Shown one piece after another: positions 46,601-50,343 of a stretch of 50,343 nt of DNA. How positions within the stretch are numbered: the first letter of the stretch is position 1; every line of letters starts with the position of its first letter. A program made the translations under genes and the position numbers. Under the pieces are notes generated by a model. The model had not been told where the DNA came from. It ran no database searches and saw only the letters and a program-made list of their open reading frames with translations. Source of the stretch: a virus (taxonomy: Duplodnaviria > Caudoviricetes); the IMG/VR virus record IMGVR_UViG_3300049924_000116, positions 1 through 50,343 of that record; one strand, written 5' to 3'.

Positions 46601-47948
46601 CCGGGAGAACAAACTTCGTCGTCGAGACAACAGCCGGGATGACCGTCGTGTCGGTAAGTGGGCTACACTCCGCATTATACCACTTGTCGTCGACCAACGA
46701 CCCAGTAATCTGAGTGTCGTCGAAGAGTTCCGCACCAGGAGTGTGGATTGCAGCGGCTACAGCAAAACTTGTACCCCAGTGAATCGTGCTTACATCACGA
46801 GACTGATTTACGACAACAAAGTCAGCGTTCTGGATGTAGTCCGAACGACCCGGCGAGATGCCAGCGCGAATCACATTCGTGATGAGCGTGTTTGGAAGAT
46901 AATCGAACGTATCCTGCCAGGTGTTAGCCCAATACTGAATAGTGACCGTAGAACTTGGTGGGGGCGGAGTCGTCAGGGTGACGATACCGTTCTTGCCATC
47001 GACAGCGGCCGGAATGACCTGCGAACCGTTGACCTTGACAACAACCTTGCTGGTGTCCGTCGTGGTGATACCGCCAGAGCTTCCATCGACAATGGGAAGC
47101 TGAAAAACACGGAAATCCGCATTACGGCTGGTCTTAGTACCGGCCGAGAACCCGAGTGGGCCATTGGCGTTGGTCGAACCAATAACCAAGGAGACCGTTG
47201 AGCTGAACTGGAGATGCTGGCGGTTTAGTTCGTCAGAGACGACTACTACGGTCAGACCCGAGATGGCTGCGGCATCGATTTGGCTTTTGAGGGCAGTGGC
47301 GGTAGTGCTTGAGTTGGCTGCCAGCGTGACCGTCTTCTGCGAACCATTGACCGTGATGGTGAACGTATCGCTCACACCCGTAACGATGTTGAAGGGCTCG
47401 TAGCCTGGCGAAATCAAAGTTGCATTTTCAACCGTGACCTGGTCTGAAACGTCGTCCGTAAACGAGGTGTCACCACGGTGGAAGAAGTACGTGATACGCA
47501 CTTCATCGCCCGACTGCGGCGGAACCTGCAACGTGACAAGACCCTTGGCACCCTGAACTTGCCCAACAGCAACGGGGATTCCGTTGACCGTCACGGTGAC
47601 CGACTTGACGTCGTTGGCCGTTCGACCGAAGCCCTGACCGTCTACCAGAGGAAAGTTGCGGACTCGGAAGGTTTGCTTCGTACCGTCATTCGTGCCAAGC
47701 ACGGGGTTACTGGGGTTCGTCGCGTCGACGACCCAGCTTGACCCGACGTCTTCATTGACGATCTGCTGGTCAAGAGTAGAACTAGACCCACGGACAACTT
47801 CAAGGTCAATCTGCTCAAGCTCTTCTTGACCAACTCCAATATACACCGGAATGCGAAGCCCGGCGAGGAAGCTAGTAACATTTGCTTCAGTCAGTGTCCT
47901 TGAGTATACGTCCGGGGGAAGGTAAGTACCGAGAGGTCCGAAGCCCAT
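43689..47948 (-). CDS. Contractile tail sheath protein with large inserted decoration domains, 1419 aa
   Basis: N-terminal YLPPDVYSRT. C-terminal sheath core: HVETMS...ERMG...FFAAAVAG...RIRQGLTT...QIADYV...FIGTK...YYQPVFPLLYI. AGGAG RBS; strong codon bias. Confidence 0.92.
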   Translation of the reverse strand: MGFGPLGTYLPPDVYSRTLTEANVTSFLAGLRIPVYIGVGQEELEQIDLEVVRGSSSTLDQQIVNEDVGSSWVVDATNPSNPVLGTNDGTKQTFRVRNFPLVDGQGFGRTANDVKSVTVTVNGIPVAVGQVQGAKGLVTLQVPPQSGDEVRITYFFHRGDTSFTDDVSDQVTVENATLISPGYEPFNIVTGVSDTFTITVNGSQKTVTLAANSSTTATALKSQIDAAAISGLTVVVVSDELNRQHLQFSSTVSLVIGSTNANGPLGFSAGTKTSRNADFRVFQLPIVDGSSGGITTTDTSKVVVKVNGSQVIPAAVDGKNGIVTLTTPPPPSSTVTIQYWANTWQDTFDYLPNTLITNVIRAGISPGRSDYIQNADFVVVNQSRDVSTIHWGTSFAVAAAIHTPGAELFDDTQITGSLVDDKWYNAECSPLTDTTVIPAVVSTTKFVLPAVPTTGNGRDTPLSSSLYKSVTNARVDLPTNRPDLIVARVGRNLRDALNRPAVKVVAVDAANRIVTLRDAVPPDYKLYATFWYNRIVDDTYIVTCSTPGSLGSGQYTVTSSIQDAPVYHVRFKQKGGGLTETVNFPRGVESIPDAMHVGGIPVAEIVRVTFGSDAATNAQFTNDAEEPYSIYASTSDVWTSVVNGTTATTTLSGAARGYLVGSHVAVSGGNITIPASPNNILNLTVDGFDVSVTLTPGSMTPAAIVSAINTAIETAPGSPVTGGTNLCSTVSIGSSAVFIIRSFTLPGSLPGGFDHVSEIKIRQGTVEGTLGFKTFATVRGTTGAVNKPATLLGSVTGPFNLTADLDNKFRFRVNGVEYNVTLTPGSAVTAATLATDINTVVGFSAASDGTGVNAGKLRLMSNTNNEQSSVQILDGSANSKLGFATNQFSSQTRVFAQEIANSLMATSAFSAEGIAYATTFPGQGTYITIESRTVGAAASSVAFGNASSSAFNAATGVGIVPGTDGDNGEDAMDNFTVSSNLPTGGSAGTGVPGQTYTDLVTGLRFTVLAATDGSYAASGYFDLEVSPTFEVNSSAPHYAIPGLETTVSNTVNVSANDSATIRTFSPQGVEPKNGDFYFISYRYMKQDFSTRIFRQFKSLEANFGRLTAENRVTLGAFLGILNGAVLVGVKQVLKVASTNQASALDFVTAIQELETPLQGNIKPDLLVPLSTDTSVYGALTQHVETMSHIRNQSERMGFIGFASGTSPTSAQSVARGLLSNRIVAFYPDSAVIELTNELNESFETVVDGTFFAAAVAGAVVSPSVDVATPYTRRQVQGFKRIPRIMDVVELNQTATAGITLLQDLDPIIRIRQGLTTNVSNVLTRLPTVTQIADYVSQQTRSILDAFIGTKFLASRSNEVEVAMTSLFKSMVQQEIVGGFAGISAAPDETEPTTLNATAYYQPVFPLLYIILTFNLRAKI

Positions 47949-47986
47949 CCGATTCTCCTAAAGAGGGTGATCACGAAACCAAATTT

Positions 47987-48117
47987 GGTGATATGGATCT
48001 GAATGTGGTGTCTGATAAAAGGAAAGCGGAGGTTTCTTGATCTGTGTTCGGTTCTTGCACCTATTCCGGACATGTATCTCGGGTGGTTGCGTCTACCCTG
48101 TAGACTCAACGATACAT
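47987..48117. promoter_or_regulatory. Structured sheath leader: two hairpins plus a YTTAT motif
   Basis: 48072-48117 pairs ATGTATC/GATACAT, GTTG/CAAC and GTCTAC/GTAGAC. 47987-48061 is a GGTG...CACC wobble-rich hairpin. TTCCTTTTAT (minus strand) at 48015-48024. Confidence 0.45.
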
Positions 48118-48554
48118 TATTGAGGAGGTTTCTTGTTCCTTGTCTCAGGAACCAACTCTTTGAGGTGGCGACGGATCCTCTTTTGGGCAGTCAATCCGAC
48201 TTCCGTCATAGGTTCGTAGTCAACATAACCCTCACCCTCGTGGCGAATGAGCGCATGGGAACCGGCCTGTTTGCGAACCTCATCCTTGATTTTCTTTCGG
48301 GACTCGTATTGAGCCCAACGGTCCGCGGCACTCCGTCCAACAGCCTGATCGGCCGTGGGGTAGTCCTGTCCGTGAACTCCAGTGTTGCCGATTGGGGCAT
48401 TAGCGTTAGTTTCGAAGCCGAAACCAAACCCTTCCCAGAGCCGCGGGACTTCCTGCTTACACTGTGGACAGTCGTGGGTGGGGTTATCTCCCATCCTCAA
48501 TACACGTTCAAAACGAAGTGCGCATGCATCGCACTCGAAGCTGTACTTGGGCAT
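48117..48554 (-). CDS. FmdB-family zinc-ribbon protein, 145 aa
   Basis: MPKYSFECDACALRFE...CPQC matches the MPxYxxxCxxC...CPxC FmdB signature. GGAG RBS. Confidence 0.85.
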   Translation of the reverse strand: MPKYSFECDACALRFERVLRMGDNPTHDCPQCKQEVPRLWEGFGFGFETNANAPIGNTGVHGQDYPTADQAVGRSAADRWAQYESRKKIKDEVRKQAGSHALIRHEGEGYVDYEPMTEVGLTAQKRIRRHLKELVPETRNKKPPQ

Positions 48555-48569
48555 TGTTCATCTCCGTAT

Positions 48570-49715
48570 TCATCCGATACGTTCATAGTTGGCATTGCGT
48601 CCCTTCAATGAAGGAGCCACCGAGAAGAGCAGGTCTGGATTGACTATCTGAGTCAATTGAGTCTGATTGGCCGTCGCAATCGTGAATGGAAGAGGAACAT
48701 GGATCTCCCAATCGGCTCGGAACTGGATTGAGAGGGAGGCCAAGTAATAGAAGGTTTCCCCGGTTTCATCATAGGTCTCCTCCGTCTCGCCCCCCATGCC
48801 GACATCGACGATCTCGATCCCCTCGAACTCAAGAAGAGTCTTCTTCTGTCCCCAAAGATGCATGACCGCAAAGTCAGCTATCTCTTCCATCTGGGTGGGG
48901 TCTTGGGCAATCACGTCCATGTCGAACGTGATCTCGAACTTGCCGCCAAACGCGTTGGCAGTATCCACCCTGTCGGAGGTCACCACCACGGCAACCTGTC
49001 CCCCCTTGACTGCCCGCTTCCCGAAAGCCAAAACCACCCCAGGGAGGGTTTTGAAGTCAGCTTGATTCCAGTAGAACGGTACAGGGCCGATGGGCTCTCC
49101 CAGGTAACGGTAGTCTGCCGTCAGGATCGCTCCAGGCTTCGACCGAGTCAGGAGCGAGATCGACCCATCGGCGTAATTCACCGTGAAGTCTTCTCCCTCC
49201 TTCAAGAGGTACGTTCTATTCTCCCAGAGACGGAGAGTCCCCTCGACGGGATTGTTTTGCAGTTGAGCTTCTTGCTCGATGCCAGAAGTGAACTGCAACA
49301 CCGGCTCGTCAACTTGAGTCAGCAACGGGTCAATCGAGTAGAAGCCTGCCTCTTCGGCATTGGTCGGAGCTGAAAGGCATTGGAGGTAGTAGACTCCCGC
49401 CGCCAACGGCATCTGATCCCCGTTGGCCTTGATTGCCGCTGTATCTTCCCGAACCCACTCCAGCATGTAACAAGGCTGCTTGACGTAAGCCAGCATAACG
49501 TGGCTGACCACCGTCCCCAGGTAGTTGTTACCGGCGAGCTGCACCTTGTTGGCACTGGAGCCCTTGATGACAATCCCGTACGCGGGGCGCTCCTCAAAGC
49601 TGTACTTATTTTCAATCCAAGGAGCGATTTTGCTGTATATCGGGTGCCGCGAGAAACCGTCTTGCAATTCCAGGATAAGCCGACGCTTGAGCGCCGAAGA
49701 CAAGTAGTAGAACAC
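48570..49715 (-). CDS. Probable tail completion/terminator or neck protein with an inserted Ig-like domain, 381 aa
   Basis: GTG start with GAGGGG RBS. Upstream of the sheath. P-x-IVIKG N-terminus and FEITFDMDVIAQD...LSIQFRADW C-terminus resemble T4 gp15/gp3-like proteins; the DFTVNYADGSISL module is inserted. Confidence 0.6.
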   Translation of the reverse strand: MFYYLSSALKRRLILELQDGFSRHPIYSKIAPWIENKYSFEERPAYGIVIKGSSANKVQLAGNNYLGTVVSHVMLAYVKQPCYMLEWVREDTAAIKANGDQMPLAAGVYYLQCLSAPTNAEEAGFYSIDPLLTQVDEPVLQFTSGIEQEAQLQNNPVEGTLRLWENRTYLLKEGEDFTVNYADGSISLLTRSKPGAILTADYRYLGEPIGPVPFYWNQADFKTLPGVVLAFGKRAVKGGQVAVVVTSDRVDTANAFGGKFEITFDMDVIAQDPTQMEEIADFAVMHLWGQKKTLLEFEGIEIVDVGMGGETEETYDETGETFYYLASLSIQFRADWEIHVPLPFTIATANQTQLTQIVNPDLLFSVAPSLKGRNANYERIG

Positions 49716-49724
49716 GGAGACCCC

Positions 49725-50342
49725 TCAGTCAGCGTGCTCTTCCAGGGCAAGCACGAGTAACCCGTCAGCCACGGCCGTCATGGGATCGGTTGCCATCCGG
49801 ATGTCGCTGATCTGAATTGGAAAGTTCTTCTTCTTGATGGTCTCGAACTCCTGCTTGAAGACATCGAGGAATCCACCCGCCTTGGTGGTTCCACCCGAGA
49901 TCACGAAGGGAATCGGATCCGGAAGGTCAACCTTAGCTTGGACCATCGAGAACTGCTTGACGATGTTCTCCAGGCAATACCGAATGAGAGCCCGGATGTA
50001 GAGCGCGAGGGCCTCGGCTTCCTTGCCTTCCGGTTTGGCGAGGTTGACACCCTTCTCTTTGAGGGTGCACATACGGGCCGAGGTCGAGCCCAATGCCTTT
50101 GCCGCATGAGTGTCAATCCAGTCGCCGCCGCGAGCCAGCGAGAAGCTCATACCCTCCATAGTCTGAAACGAGAGGGCGACGTTGCACATACCAGAGCCGA
50201 AGCTGACTGCCAACCCGGAGAAGTTCTCTTCAGCACACTGGCTGTAGATGATGGCCATGGCCTCGTTCTTGGGGAACGCTCGGTAGCCGTGCTCGGTGAT
50301 GATCTGTCGGAAGACTTCGGTGTGGAAGATGATGTCCTGCTC
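49725..50342 (-). CDS. Actin-fold ATPase (MreB/MamK/ParM-like), C-terminal part; runs off the right edge
   Basis: The frame is open to the window end (EQDIIFHTEVF...KNEAMAII). Connect-1 NEA, phosphate-2-like SFGSGMCN, RGGDWID, adenosine VISGGT and connect-2 DPMTAVADG are all present. Confidence 0.8.
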   Translation of the reverse strand, partial: EQDIIFHTEVFRQIITEHGYRAFPKNEAMAIIYSQCAEENFSGLAVSFGSGMCNVALSFQTMEGMSFSLARGGDWIDTHAAKALGSTSARMCTLKEKGVNLAKPEGKEAEALALYIRALIRYCLENIVKQFSMVQAKVDLPDPIPFVISGGTTKAGGFLDVFKQEFETIKKKNFPIQISDIRMATDPMTAVADGLLVLALEEHAD

Positions 50343-50343
50343 G

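Noticed and set aside
45336-47201. 621-aa plus-strand ORF (also 44385-45308 and 43746-44315) antisense to the sheath
   Set aside because: Arg/Asp-rich shadow frames expected from the sheath's strong codon bias; no recognisable motifs.
1-50343. Alternative genetic code (stop-codon reassignment), as in some large phages
   Set aside because: Genes tile the minus strand densely under the standard code, and TAA, TAG (sheath) and TGA all serve as stops.

Overview
The window is one continuous minus-strand block of about 30 tightly packed, often translationally coupled genes. It encodes the tail of a large contractile-tailed (myovirus or jumbo-like) bacteriophage. In transcription order (right to left) it holds a truncated actin-fold ATPase, a probable tail completion protein, an FmdB-type zinc ribbon and a very large decorated tail sheath (1419 aa). 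A three-gene insert follows: a zinc-finger/PD-(D/E)XK homing-endonuclease-like gene, a degenerate DHH-like gene and an unknown gene. Next come the tail tube, two tail-assembly chaperones, the tape measure, two tube-initiator-like paralogs (one fused to a lytic transglycosylase), the baseplate hub, the central spike and a three-fold-repeat hydrophobic protein. The block ends with large baseplate/fibre proteins, gp25-like, baseplate J and wedge proteins and fibre-attachment genes. I saw no capsid, terminase, integrase, tRNA, rRNA, CRISPR array or reverse transcriptase. All three stop codons end genes, so there is no sign of recoding. Product calls come from motif recognition and gene order, not database searches. 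The most unusual signals are a long, potentially switchable RNA hairpin between the tube and chaperone genes, a second wobble-rich hairpin in the sheath leader, a recurring YTTAT-type upstream motif (candidate phage late promoter), an actin-like gene leading into the tail operon, and a pseudo-trimeric candidate spike-tip protein where a PAAR gene would be expected.
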